Made by a program: the position numbers and the translations under genes. From the IMG/VR virus record IMGVR_UViG_3300023048_000002, positions 64,001-128,000 of that record: a stretch of 64,000 nt of DNA; one strand, given 5' to 3'. The stretch's first letter is position 1. The number at the start of each line of letters is the position of its first letter. Source of the DNA: a virus (lineage: Duplodnaviria > Caudoviricetes). The notes under the pieces were generated by a model. That model worked only from the letters and a program-made list of their open reading frames with translations, was not told the origin of the DNA and ran no database searches. Positions 10,379-20,129 of this stretch are shown piece after piece.

Positions 10379-12253
10379 TTAATCCGATGCTTGATTTAAT
10401 TTGTTATGGTGTAGGATAAATGCATCTGCTGTTTCACCAGCCCAAAAACATCTATCATCTACAGTAATGTGTTGAATTTCTTTATCCCCAACACTCTCAA
10501 CCATGATGACAACTTCCCAATTGGTTAGATTGTTTCTCATTACTGGAATATTTCTATTTAACAAATCAGGTGCCATCATGTAACCATTATCATAGGTAGG
10601 GATTGGTGCTGTGGTTGAGCATACCAATGATGCGCCAGATTCAGTTACGATTCTTACGCAAGGCTGTACCTTTGTTGTGGAGTATGAGACATCACTAAGA
10701 GTTGTATCAAAGTAGTTATATGGATCAGCAGTTACCAACTGATCACCAACATTGACTGCCTGTGCTACAGAACCATCAGGGAATACGGAATCAATTGCTA
10801 CGCAACCTCCACCACTTGTTGATGTGCAGTTAGCAGTTGAGAACCAAGAGTCTGTATAGGAGCCCTGTGGAGTTGTATAGGAAGTACCGTATACATTACC
10901 CTGTAGACCAGATGGGGTGTATAGAACAAGCTGTTTGCCAAGAGCATCAGTGATGACGACATAGCTAGCACTAGAAACAGACAATGACCACTGACCATTA
11001 TCACAGTTGTTAAAGATACCTGTAATGCCGATAACTGCGGTTGCAGATAGTGAGCTAGATGAATCTGCACCTGTTCTTAGCGTGCTGGTTGATGCACCAG
11101 ATGCACCAGCATAGCTTCGTGTGGTTGTGGTTGCGATAGTTGCACCAGTTGTGGTGTCAACCAATGAGGAACCAAAATTAACGTTACCAAACTCTACACT
11201 ATATGGCGCTGAACCACCTGAAATTTCCTGTACGATAACACTCATATTGTTCAAGCAACTTACGCGAGTGGAAGCTGTTGTTGTACATGGTGAAGGAATT
11301 TCTGTGTTACCAGCCTGTGGATATCCCTTAGATGGTGAGATATACATCGTAGCTCTCAATGGTGCAATCGTCTTAGATGGCGTAATTGAAGGCGTTGGGG
11401 ACGGTGTGGTAGATGCCGTAGGGGTTGGCGTAGTAGATACGGCCGGTGTCGCTGTACGGGACACTGAAGGCGTTGGAGACGGTGTAGGTGTACGCGTTGG
11501 CGTAGGAGTTACTGTAATACCCGTAGTTGCTGACGGAGTAATTGTTGGTGTTGGTGATGCACCCACCGAAGGCGATGGATTTGGCATATTTGTTGGGGTT
11601 GGTGTTGGTGAAGGAATAGGTGATGGCTGACCATCGTCTGTTCCTTCATTCTGGTTAAACTTAACACCAATGATCTGGTAAAAGGCATAGCCTTCTGAGA
11701 CAGTTGTGAACTGTCCCATTCTATATTGTGCTGTTACCTTGGCTTGACTATCTGTATAACAAATCATGTAATCAACTTCATCAGGGAAGTTGAACGGGCT
11801 AACAATCCAGCTACATTCATCGTAGCTGAATTCATAACCTGTAGATGCTGAAATTGGTCGAGGGAGGTTTGCACCATGAGCGATAATGCCGCTATTACCA
11901 GCAATGTCACTTAATGAACTGTTAGCAATCCATTGAGAGCCATCATAAACATACAATTTCTTTCTAGTGGAGTTCCACCATAGCTGACCTTCAGTTGGTT
12001 GCTTAAGCACACCACCGTAAGCCTGATTGTAGTCTGGATAGTTAGGGTTTGAGGCATCTTCAGGGCAAGCAAAGTTTTCCAGCATGTGCAACATATTCTC
12101 ATCGAATACCTCGCCATACTCTTTACGTGACTTGCCCAAAAGGGTTATATCCAATACATTTTGAATCAGCGTTTGTTTGTTTACAATGATAGGATTTTTA
12201 GTATTATCAGTATACTGTAAATTGTACACGCCGTCAGCGCAATTGTTAGCCAT
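10379..12253 (-). CDS. fibre paralog 1 with C-terminal Hint domain (aa 484-617)
   Basis: Shared N-domain, PT linker, SGGG|CVAIDSVFPDG...VGD...IQHITVDDRCFWAG...ILHHNK. Confidence 0.8.
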   Translation of the reverse strand: MANNCADGVYNLQYTDNTKNPIIVNKQTLIQNVLDITLLGKSRKEYGEVFDENMLHMLENFACPEDASNPNYPDYNQAYGGVLKQPTEGQLWWNSTRKKLYVYDGSQWIANSSLSDIAGNSGIIAHGANLPRPISASTGYEFSYDECSWIVSPFNFPDEVDYMICYTDSQAKVTAQYRMGQFTTVSEGYAFYQIIGVKFNQNEGTDDGQPSPIPSPTPTPTNMPNPSPSVGASPTPTITPSATTGITVTPTPTRTPTPSPTPSVSRTATPAVSTTPTPTASTTPSPTPSITPSKTIAPLRATMYISPSKGYPQAGNTEIPSPCTTTASTRVSCLNNMSVIVQEISGGSAPYSVEFGNVNFGSSLVDTTTGATIATTTTRSYAGASGASTSTLRTGADSSSSLSATAVIGITGIFNNCDNGQWSLSVSSASYVVITDALGKQLVLYTPSGLQGNVYGTSYTTPQGSYTDSWFSTANCTSTSGGGCVAIDSVFPDGSVAQAVNVGDQLVTADPYNYFDTTLSDVSYSTTKVQPCVRIVTESGASLVCSTTAPIPTYDNGYMMAPDLLNRNIPVMRNNLTNWEVVIMVESVGDKEIQHITVDDRCFWAGETADAFILHHNKLNQASD

Positions 12254-12282
12254 TAAACCCTCTAGGAACCTATTATCTTAAC

Positions 12283-12290
12283 TATTTATA
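12283..12290 (-). promoter_or_regulatory. T4-type late promoter TATAAATA
   Basis: Exact match 30 bp upstream of the fibre operon; TAAATA cores also precede 1565(-), 1647(+), 5428(+), 25112(-), 25266(+), 27783(-), 35117(-), 35504(-), 36016(-), 38478(-), 38682(+). Confidence 0.75.
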
Positions 12291-12300
12291 ACCAAGACAA

Positions 12301-12978
12301 TTAAATACCTAGCTCGCGATTAATACTTTTAATCTCATGAACCTTCTCAGGGTTATTGATCAAATGCTGTTTCCAGACACTTACGTCAATAATTTGACTG
12401 AACAAAACACGTTCTTCCTTGTTAGTCTTGAAGGTCATGAAGTCCATGAATTTCTTACTTGGGAGAAGTAGCCATGGCGATAACTTACGAGATGTAATGT
12501 AACGAATAATCTGAATTGGTGTCACCTTGTTAAAGACTTCACCCGTCTCACAGCCTTGCTCAATTGAAATATCACGAATGGTTTCAATCGATAGATCAAT
12601 CTTGGTGTCAATAGGATATTCTTTATCGAAATTTTCGATGTAATAATCATATACATCATAATCACACCAGTTAAAAGGTAGTAAATCCTTCTTAATCATT
12701 AATTCAATATATCCAATCCTGTCAGGGATGGACTGAGACTTACAGAACTTAGAGAACTCTACGAAAGCATTAAAGTAACGGGAACTGGTGAAATTCTCCA
12801 CGGTAACTGGTGGTCGATTTGAAATCTTGCGCCACTGGTTAAACGTAAGGTATGCGATATGACCAATCGGTTTAGCGAATAGATCATAACGCTTCATTTT
12901 CTCGCACTTGTGCTTTAGATAGTTAGCTTCTCTTTTGAAGTTCTTTCCACAAAAATCACAAACTAGGTTCTTTTCCAT
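12301..12978 (-). CDS. zinc-finger hypothetical protein
   Basis: CDFCGKNF...HKC. Confidence 0.65.
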   Translation of the reverse strand: MEKNLVCDFCGKNFKREANYLKHKCEKMKRYDLFAKPIGHIAYLTFNQWRKISNRPPVTVENFTSSRYFNAFVEFSKFCKSQSIPDRIGYIELMIKKDLLPFNWCDYDVYDYYIENFDKEYPIDTKIDLSIETIRDISIEQGCETGEVFNKVTPIQIIRYITSRKLSPWLLLPSKKFMDFMTFKTNKEERVLFSQIIDVSVWKQHLINNPEKVHEIKSINRELGI

Positions 12979-13438
12979 TTAATTCTTTCTTCAACTTGGT
13001 CATGGTTTCTTTATCAGTTCCGATATCTTCGGCCATCTGAATGATATCATCATTTGACAATATATTCAAATAGTCCAATGCAACGGAAGACGAACAGCCC
13101 GTGTTCTCTTTAATCACCCTGATAGTCTCTGAGTCTTTGTCCTTGGACTTTCTCTTGGTCCAGTAAGGTCGTTTACCCTTATCCACATGCGAGGCCATTA
13201 GAAGCTTATATAGAAGGTGAGGGTGCTTATACATCTGAAAGCAAACGGTGTTTACCAAGCCATTAATTAGCTTGATCTGATTTGCATTCTTTGTACCCGC
13301 TTCCCACTTCATCAAAACCAATGGTGCTAACTTGCGTGTCTGGTAATCCTCCAAACTATCGAAAAAGGCTACATTGCCTTTTTCGATGTGCTTGAGTACA
13401 TCAAAGATATCTGGTGTGTTCTCTGTCTTATCTGTCAT
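12956..13438 (-). CDS. 62: clamp loader small subunit (gp62-like)
   Basis: DIFDVL...LAPLVLMKW; near gp44; start MTDK chosen. Confidence 0.6.
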   Translation of the reverse strand: MTDKTENTPDIFDVLKHIEKGNVAFFDSLEDYQTRKLAPLVLMKWEAGTKNANQIKLINGLVNTVCFQMYKHPHLLYKLLMASHVDKGKRPYWTKRKSKDKDSETIRVIKENTGCSSSVALDYLNILSNDDIIQMAEDIGTDKETMTKLKKELNGKEPSL

Positions 13439-13751
13439 AATTTCTGGTATCCACCACACCAATCTTGGCTAAACAAAACTTGCACTCAACATGAGTTCCG
13501 TAGTGTACCAATTGATCACGAGGATGGATACATTCTTTAATCATGACTGCACGTAGCTCTTCGACCTCATCAAGAAGAGGCTTTCTCTTCTCAATGATAA
13601 GGGTACGAATTTCATCCTCAATTGGTTCTAACTCTCTAGCCAAGGCTTCAATCTTATCCTTCTTACGCTTCCATGACAGGCGTTCATTTTTATCACGATA
13701 TGTTGTGATCTTGTCGATGTCACTCTTAATCTTGTCTTCTGAAATATGCAT
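13428..13751 (-). CDS. coiled-coil/Zn-ribbon hypothetical protein
   Basis: CIHP...CKFC. Confidence 0.6.
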   Translation of the reverse strand: MHISEDKIKSDIDKITTYRDKNERLSWKRKKDKIEALARELEPIEDEIRTLIIEKRKPLLDEVEELRAVMIKECIHPRDQLVHYGTHVECKFCLAKIGVVDTRNYDR

Positions 13752-13754
13752 GGT

Positions 13755-14690
13755 TTAAATCTCTGATAGTTTAATTAGGCAAGATGCAAAGTTGATTTCA
13801 CGATCAGCTACAAATGCATGGCGATAAAGGTGATCGGCAATGACGACGATACCAGCTTTCCATTTCTTGGTTTCTGTGAATTTACCAATTTCATGTAGGT
13901 AATCGTAAAGGAACTTGTAGCAATCTTCCCACTTGTTGTCTGGAATATTTTCAGCTAGATAAGTGCGAGCCTTATCCCACTGGTCATTAGTAATGAATTC
14001 TACGATTCCTAGCATATGTTCCGATGCAGCAGTAAGGTTTGCAGAATCGAATGGCATCATCTTACCATTGCGAACTGCTGCCTGTGCTGTGGTCAACAAA
14101 CGGCGAAAGTCTGGATAACAGTTATTAACATAATCATCTAGAACTTCAATACCATCGAACTTCACCTTCTCTCTCTTAAGGATAGTAGCAAAGCGGATGG
14201 TCATCTCATCCTTATCTAGGCTATCGAATTTGATAGGAGTGAAACGCGAGCGTAGTTCAGGGGTGAGGTTGTTTGGATAATTACATGTAAAGATGAAACG
14301 TGCATTGTCCGAATACTCTTCAATCTTTGCACGAAGAATCTTCTGTGCACCAGCACTTAGACCATCAGCTTCATTGACGAATACAATCTTATAATCGAAT
14401 GACAGTGGCATGGCTGAAATGAAGTTGTGAACCTTATTACGCATGGTGTCCACATTGTTCTCATCAGAGCCATTGATGACTAAGAAGTCGGCATCATCCA
14501 TTTCAAAGATTTCCTTAATTAGGAAAGCTAGGCTGGTCTTACCTGTACCTGCTGATCCATGTAGTAATAAATGTGGGATGTCTTTATTTTCTAGATACGC
14601 AAGAATTTGTGCTTTGGTATCTTCGTTCTTGAAGATGTATTCTTCAATTGTCTTGGGGGTATGTTTTGTATACCAGAGTTGCTTTGACAT
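13755..14690 (-). CDS. 44: clamp loader large subunit (gp44/RFC)
   Basis: LWYTKHTPKT, GSAGTGKT, NEAD, ELRSRF, YPDFRR. Confidence 0.92.
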   Translation of the reverse strand: MSKQLWYTKHTPKTIEEYIFKNEDTKAQILAYLENKDIPHLLLHGSAGTGKTSLAFLIKEIFEMDDADFLVINGSDENNVDTMRNKVHNFISAMPLSFDYKIVFVNEADGLSAGAQKILRAKIEEYSDNARFIFTCNYPNNLTPELRSRFTPIKFDSLDKDEMTIRFATILKREKVKFDGIEVLDDYVNNCYPDFRRLLTTAQAAVRNGKMMPFDSANLTAASEHMLGIVEFITNDQWDKARTYLAENIPDNKWEDCYKFLYDYLHEIGKFTETKKWKAGIVVIADHLYRHAFVADREINFASCLIKLSEI

Positions 14691-14727
14691 GAAACAGTTG
14701 TCCTATGATTCATGCTATTATTTCACA

Positions 14728-14756
14728 TAAAAAAACGGGAGTCAATGACTCCCGTT
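14728..14756 (-). terminator. rho-independent terminator
   Basis: AACGGGAGTCA/TGACTCCCGTT stem followed by a U tract on the minus strand. Confidence 0.7.
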
Positions 14757-15929
14757 GATTATATGGTTTGCCTCTTCGGCAATTTCTCGTTTTATTCTAT
14801 CTATAACGTCTTGTCTAGTTGATGCTTCTTCCTCTGCTTTGAATTCCCGTACTGGTTCTTCGGGTTCATCTATAACAGGGATAGCAGCCTCAAGTTCATC
14901 ATGTAATTCTTCTAGGGATTGTGATTCCTCAGAGAAATCATTTGGGTACTCGGGTGGTAGTCTTTCACTAGGACCATCATAATCTTGAGGACTATAGTGA
15001 AATATATCTTCCTTTTCTTCTTTATCCTCAATAGGAGATAATTCTAAATGAACTGGTACTGGCTGTTCGACAACTTCTGGAACAATGTAAAGTTTAGGCT
15101 CTACGTAAGCTGCTTCAACTTGAATTGACTCTTCTGCAACTGGTTCCTCTACTTCAGGCTCAGACTCTTCTTCAAAGAGTTCAAGATCATCTAAATGTGC
15201 AACTGGTACAACCTTATCCTGCTTGGAAATTTTTGTCTCTTCTTTTAATCTCTTTCTTTCATCTATAGCAGTATTAATTGCTAGAGTGAATGAGACTGCT
15301 AAAGGATCGAATACAAAGATCAGGAGCATTGTTAGATAAGCAATGGAGTTGTTTGGGTCTTGGCGTAAAACCTTAGCAACATACATGATAGGACCAATTT
15401 TGGCTTCAACTGTCAACTGGTGGGATTGTAATTCACCAATCTCTTTGTTTAAGCGATCAATATTAGGACCAAGGGTCTTGTATTCCGTGTCGAAAGTCTT
15501 CATCAACTTTTGGCGTGCGGAAACCATGTTATTAGGAATCTTTTCAACCTGACTATCGATCTGAGCTTTACGGGTAGTTAGTCTCTCAACTTCGGCCTTG
15601 TCTGCTGTAATCTTCTGTGCGACTTCCGCCACTGGAATGTTTTCTTGTTGGTATGCAGCGGTTAGATAACCAAAGATACCAATCGATGTGATAAACATCA
15701 GAACACCTACAGCAAGTAACAAATAAGCTTTCAATGCAAATGAAATCTTATTCCAATACCTGTGTAGGAAAGATGCGGCAACAAGCTTAGCAAATTCTAA
15801 GCTTGCGCCCATTATAGTAACGGATATTGCGGAAGCAGAGTAGATCATAGCTAGACCGTAAACGCTGAAGAAACCAGCAGTACCAGATAGCGCTAATGCT
15901 GCAATGATTAATAACGCAATAAACATCAT
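14742..15929 (-). CDS. multi-pass membrane coiled-coil protein with acidic tail
   Basis: 3 N-terminal TM helices, coiled coil, LLIFVFDPLAV helix. Confidence 0.7.
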   Translation of the reverse strand: MMFIALLIIAALALSGTAGFFSVYGLAMIYSASAISVTIMGASLEFAKLVAASFLHRYWNKISFALKAYLLLAVGVLMFITSIGIFGYLTAAYQQENIPVAEVAQKITADKAEVERLTTRKAQIDSQVEKIPNNMVSARQKLMKTFDTEYKTLGPNIDRLNKEIGELQSHQLTVEAKIGPIMYVAKVLRQDPNNSIAYLTMLLIFVFDPLAVSFTLAINTAIDERKRLKEETKISKQDKVVPVAHLDDLELFEEESEPEVEEPVAEESIQVEAAYVEPKLYIVPEVVEQPVPVHLELSPIEDKEEKEDIFHYSPQDYDGPSERLPPEYPNDFSEESQSLEELHDELEAAIPVIDEPEEPVREFKAEEEASTRQDVIDRIKREIAEEANHIINGSH

Positions 15930-15935
15930 AACTCC

Positions 15936-16265
15936 TTAGAATAAACCGGTTGGTTTGTCTGTGGATGTAGCCATAACTTTTTCAAAGCTAGTTGACCACT
16001 TCTTTACTTCGCCTACCTTGAAGCCTTCTGTCCACATTAGCTGTTCGATAAGAATATATGAACCAACACTAACGCGTTCAGGAACATCAGGGCCAACTGC
16101 TTCAACAAGAGCCCAACGTGGCGTCTTAATATCTTCAACCTGATTTCTTACTGTCAATCCCCAATCAGTCTCATTACTAAATGTACCTGTAGAAATGGTC
16201 TGAATGAAGCTAAAGACAATGTTCTTTCTTAAGGGCTTATAACTTTCAATATTATCGTAACTCAT
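15936..16265 (-). CDS. groES: GroES-like co-chaperonin
   Basis: KPLRKNIV...VEAVGPDV...VSVGSYIL. Confidence 0.7.
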   Translation of the reverse strand: MSYDNIESYKPLRKNIVFSFIQTISTGTFSNETDWGLTVRNQVEDIKTPRWALVEAVGPDVPERVSVGSYILIEQLMWTEGFKVGEVKKWSTSFEKVMATSTDKPTGLF

Positions 16266-16280
16266 CTTATTCCTTACTGT

Positions 16281-16703
16281 TTACTTCTTGACTACGCGTG
16301 TCTTAGTAACTGTCTGTGACTTCTCAAGCTTAGGAGATACTAAAGGTGTAACTTCCTTTTCTGGTGCTGGATCGAATCCATCAGTATCAAATTCATCATC
16401 AACTGGTGTAGACATGAAGATTTCTTGTTCTGATTCTGACTCTGGCTCGTCACCATCATCCTGAGCCTTAGCCCTCTGTTCTGCAAGCTTCTGTCTTACA
16501 GCCTGTTCATTGGCAAGCATTTCACCAATACGCTTTGAGGATGCTCTACGGCGGCGGCTGTTTACATAGTTCTCACGCTGAATAGTTGGATCAGTCTTAT
16601 CTTTAGTGCCAGTCTCTAGCTGCCTTTTCATGCTGTTTAAATTTGCATGAAATTTATCTAGGTCTACAGTTTCGCCTCTCATGCTGACATATTTTTTACT
16701 CAT
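16281..16703 (-). CDS. hypothetical protein
   Basis: 140 aa, SMRGETVDL N-terminus. Confidence 0.65.
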   Translation of the reverse strand: MSKKYVSMRGETVDLDKFHANLNSMKRQLETGTKDKTDPTIQRENYVNSRRRRASSKRIGEMLANEQAVRQKLAEQRAKAQDDGDEPESESEQEIFMSTPVDDEFDTDGFDPAPEKEVTPLVSPKLEKSQTVTKTRVVKK

Positions 16704-16711
16704 AATTCACC

Positions 16712-17269
16712 TTATCTGAAAAATTCTTTTAAATCTAGCTCGTATTCAACACTGTCTACACTATGTAGTCCAATCAAATACAAAACATACGAATTACATG
16801 AACTCCCACGACCAGTGCCCCAAACAACTTCGTTCTGTCTGAAGATATCAAGAATATAGATGATAGCACGCAAGATGATTTCCATATCGAAAGTCTTAAA
16901 CAACTCTAGTTCTTTTGAAACTCTTTCGATACGTTGATCAATTTGGCCTTCTGTGAATCTATATCCACCACTGGTATCCGGCTTCTCTACAATTTCAAGA
17001 AGCTTTTTATGGACGTAACTTTTTATATTTATCTGTTTATAAAAGTCGGGAATTTGCCATGTATGATCCAAGTGATCAAGATCACGTTTCACATTTACAG
17101 ATAATGGCTGATTCATTTTATTGAATAATTCAATATCCTCATTAAGCGCATTCACATGAATGCCACCCGTAATGGACCCACCATTCAAGATGTATTCCAT
17201 TAATTGATCTGACGTAAACGTAATATCTCCATCAAACCATAAAACTCTATCAGCTAGGACGGTCTTCAT
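16712..17269 (-). CDS. dnaE: DNA polymerase III alpha (DnaE)-like, N-terminal palm fragment
   Basis: RVSKEL...WGTGRGSSCNSYVLYLIGLHSVDSVEYELDLKEFFR equivalent to DnaE GPGRGS...FERF; start MKTV assumed (track start 17332). Confidence 0.8.
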   Translation of the reverse strand: MKTVLADRVLWFDGDITFTSDQLMEYILNGGSITGGIHVNALNEDIELFNKMNQPLSVNVKRDLDHLDHTWQIPDFYKQINIKSYVHKKLLEIVEKPDTSGGYRFTEGQIDQRIERVSKELELFKTFDMEIILRAIIYILDIFRQNEVVWGTGRGSSCNSYVLYLIGLHSVDSVEYELDLKEFFR

Positions 17270-17276
17270 AACTTCT

Positions 17277-17660
17277 TTAAATGAATGGTGATGGTGCATC
17301 GGGGTCAATGATGCTTTGTCCAAATTCGTCACGGTCGATGGATCGTTGGACGGGCTGTGCTGGAAATCGCTGGACTGGTGCAGACGGTTGACTCACCGTT
17401 GGCACTGTCGTTACTCCATTCTGGTTTGGTAATGTTACTATGTGGGAACCTGAACTATACTGTGGAGCCTGATGATGTACAACTGTTTGTACAGATGTTT
17501 CTTCATCTAGCATATCAATACGATCACGAATTAGATTCCACTGATTTACATTTGGAACCCAATCATCATCTTGAAATTCTGATAGGCCTTGAATCCACAT
17601 CTTAAACTGAGAAACCGACATCTTTTGTGGCTTCTTATTCTTACTAACTTTCTTTGTCAT
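17277..17660 (-). CDS. hypothetical protein
   Basis: FKMWIQG...WVPNVNQW. Confidence 0.65.
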   Translation of the reverse strand: MTKKVSKNKKPQKMSVSQFKMWIQGLSEFQDDDWVPNVNQWNLIRDRIDMLDEETSVQTVVHHQAPQYSSGSHIVTLPNQNGVTTVPTVSQPSAPVQRFPAQPVQRSIDRDEFGQSIIDPDAPSPFI

Positions 17661-17674
17661 GTATTTGCCTTTAA

Positions 17675-18163
17675 TTATGGGAGAATGTCACCAATAGTGG
17701 CATCTTTTAAATACTTATTGTAATTATCAATTGGTGAAATCATGATCCACATATCTTGACCTAGATGGTGACACAACATTTGTGACTTGTTTAAGGATGG
17801 GGTATGGATTTTTCCGCGTGGCTGGTATTCGGTTACACTGATGTAACCCGGAAGATGATTCAGTTTCTTATGGTTAAGAACAAATGCATCAAAGTGTCCG
17901 CGAGACACTTCGGAGACTTCAGCAATATCTAACTGTGAAGTCTCCATGTCAAACACCAGAATATACCAGTTTGCAGGTATTTCCACAGCGTATCCTAAAA
18001 TCTTTATAACAAGGATTGGTGTTGAGTGTTCCTCAAGGACTTCGATCTTTTGAAATCGAAAGTCCCTGTCTTCTAGATCAAGAACCCAAAAATAATCCAT
18101 CTTCAATGGCGTTGTGATACTGTCAATCAAGATTGGGGTTGAATTCTCATCTGAGATTATCAT
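17675..18163 (-). CDS. hypothetical protein, possibly degenerate Hint fold
   Basis: beta-rich pattern; see findings. Confidence 0.6.
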   Translation of the reverse strand: MIISDENSTPILIDSITTPLKMDYFWVLDLEDRDFRFQKIEVLEEHSTPILVIKILGYAVEIPANWYILVFDMETSQLDIAEVSEVSRGHFDAFVLNHKKLNHLPGYISVTEYQPRGKIHTPSLNKSQMLCHHLGQDMWIMISPIDNYNKYLKDATIGDILP

Positions 18164-18178
18164 TTAATAACGTTTCCT

Positions 18179-19669
18179 TTAATTCTTAGTGTATTCAATC
18201 TTCTGCTTTGAGAAAGGATATTCGTGCTTCTTATAATGCTCAACACGCTTTCTCTGGTGAATTCTACTATACTTTAAATTACTAGAAATGTCAATTACTT
18301 CAATGAAGTCTTTATCTGGTGCTTTACGTAATCCACGCCCGATTGCCTGAATGGTTCGAATATAACTTTTACCTAAATCAAGGAAGAATAGATAGAAGAT
18401 TCGTGGAATGTTCAAACCGGTGGCTGCAAGCTGTGACGTAGCAATAGCTACAACATCGTCGTGATCCTTGAATAGCTTATATACGCTTCTACGGAATGCC
18501 TTCTTATCCTTTGAATATACGAAGTACGAACCTTCAATTAATTCTGCTAGCTTCTGACCAACTTCGACTGAGTTTACAAGGATCAAGGTATTACCCTTAT
18601 CTTTTGCTCTCTTCTCCATGACCAGCTTTTTAACATAATTCAATCTACGTTCGTTCTTATTCAGTCTTCTCTTTTCAATGTCATATTCAGGGAATAGCAC
18701 TTCAAGGAAGTCATTATAAGATTTACCCTTCGATTCTTCAGGGAACTCAATCTGCCATATGGCATACTCTGGCTTATAGTCTTCAACCAACTCAAGCATG
18801 TAGATCATCAACTGTGCAAGCCAGCCATTTTCGATCAACTGCTTAGAGGTTACCGTAAACTTGACATCACCCAATGTAACACGCACTGACATTCGATCAA
18901 CATCTGGCTCTGGAAGTGTTCCAGTTACACCGATTTTAACGTAAAGATGTGATCCGTAGTTATTGAGGATTTCCTTCAATATCTGTCCTGTAACACCATG
19001 ACATTCATCCACAATGGCTACTTGGAACATACCCATCATCTCAGGATTGTTTTGAAGTGCCTGCCACGTACTAATGATAATAGGATGATTAATATCCTTA
19101 ACATCACCACTGTATTCACCAACATCGATATCTAGGTCTTTAAAGTCTTCAACACCCTGACTAACAAGGTCGGATGTAGGAACGATCATGATAACCTTCA
19201 ATCCACATACGTCATTGTATAGCTTAGACAGTGCAGCACACATGATTGACTTACCAGCACCAGTACCAGCTAGGATGATTCCACCATTATCTTGTGTAAT
19301 GGCATTAACACCTTTGACCTGATGGTCACCCAATGTGATACCTACAGTTTCAAGATAATTCTCATCAATAACAGGGATGTCTAGAGTGAATGTTTCTCTA
19401 TTATCCATTAGAGAAATCTTGTATCCCCATCGTTTAATGATAGGTAGCATTTCTTCTAATAGATTATTGTAGGTCTTACCACCCTTGGAGTAGAACGATA
19501 TTCTACCGTCCCACTGACCAAGCTTGTACTTCTTACTGAAACGATAATTCTCCGCATAAGGAGAATACTTATCAACCATCCATTTGTTGTCTTTTGGGTC
19601 AAGACCAATGATAACGCAGTTGACTTCATCTAGAACTTTAATGATTACTTTCTTTTCAAGCGTCGTCAT
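18179..19669 (-). CDS. uvsW: UvsW SF2 DNA helicase
   Basis: AGTGAGKS, DECH, TGT, QAIGRGLR. Confidence 0.92.
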   Translation of the reverse strand: MTTLEKKVIIKVLDEVNCVIIGLDPKDNKWMVDKYSPYAENYRFSKKYKLGQWDGRISFYSKGGKTYNNLLEEMLPIIKRWGYKISLMDNRETFTLDIPVIDENYLETVGITLGDHQVKGVNAITQDNGGIILAGTGAGKSIMCAALSKLYNDVCGLKVIMIVPTSDLVSQGVEDFKDLDIDVGEYSGDVKDINHPIIISTWQALQNNPEMMGMFQVAIVDECHGVTGQILKEILNNYGSHLYVKIGVTGTLPEPDVDRMSVRVTLGDVKFTVTSKQLIENGWLAQLMIYMLELVEDYKPEYAIWQIEFPEESKGKSYNDFLEVLFPEYDIEKRRLNKNERRLNYVKKLVMEKRAKDKGNTLILVNSVEVGQKLAELIEGSYFVYSKDKKAFRRSVYKLFKDHDDVVAIATSQLAATGLNIPRIFYLFFLDLGKSYIRTIQAIGRGLRKAPDKDFIEVIDISSNLKYSRIHQRKRVEHYKKHEYPFSKQKIEYTKN

Positions 19670-20129
19670 ATAGAGTGATATCCTCCAATGCGGCAGTTCT
19701 GATCTTGATGATGTTGTTCAACATAAACGCTCTATTCTTGAACTGTTCTGATATAGATGAAAGCATGTTATACATTTCATAAACATCAAGATAGATTTGT
19801 TTATACTTCAAGAACGTTTTATCAGAGTCGATCATCTTATCCTTTTCCATGGAATTATGATCCTTTACAGAATACTTGTTTATGTTATGTAATGCTTCGC
19901 TGCGAACCTGCTTAACCTTCATCTCATAATATTCTAAGAGTGACTTGGTATCGACTCTTATTTCATCATAATAAGAAAGTAGTGATACTTGCTCAACGTT
20001 TGCCAACTGAATGTTCTTGGCATTGAGTGAAAGGTCTTTCTTCCAATCTTTTATTTTTTTATCTATTTCTTTGAGAACATCATCAACATAGTCATCGACG
20101 TTCTCCCCTCTTAGTTTTCTTAAAATCAT
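19656..20129 (-). CDS. uvsY: UvsY recombination mediator
   Basis: Helical, FKNRAFMLNNIIKIR C-terminus; between uvsX and uvsW. Confidence 0.75.
   Translation of the reverse strand: MILRKLRGENVDDYVDDVLKEIDKKIKDWKKDLSLNAKNIQLANVEQVSLLSYYDEIRVDTKSLLEYYEMKVKQVRSEALHNINKYSVKDHNSMEKDKMIDSDKTFLKYKQIYLDVYEMYNMLSSISEQFKNRAFMLNNIIKIRTAALEDITLYDDA

Noticed and set aside
9054-10804. Canonical mobile inteins
   Set aside because: No homing endonuclease, +1 residue is Ile/Lys and the block B His is absent; treated as BIL/Hog-like Hints
1886-11630. Antisense Val/Gly-rich ORFs (1886-2134, 3047-3409, 7675-7977, 9511-9762, 11121-11630)
   Set aside because: Shadows of the Pro/Thr linker codons on the opposite strand
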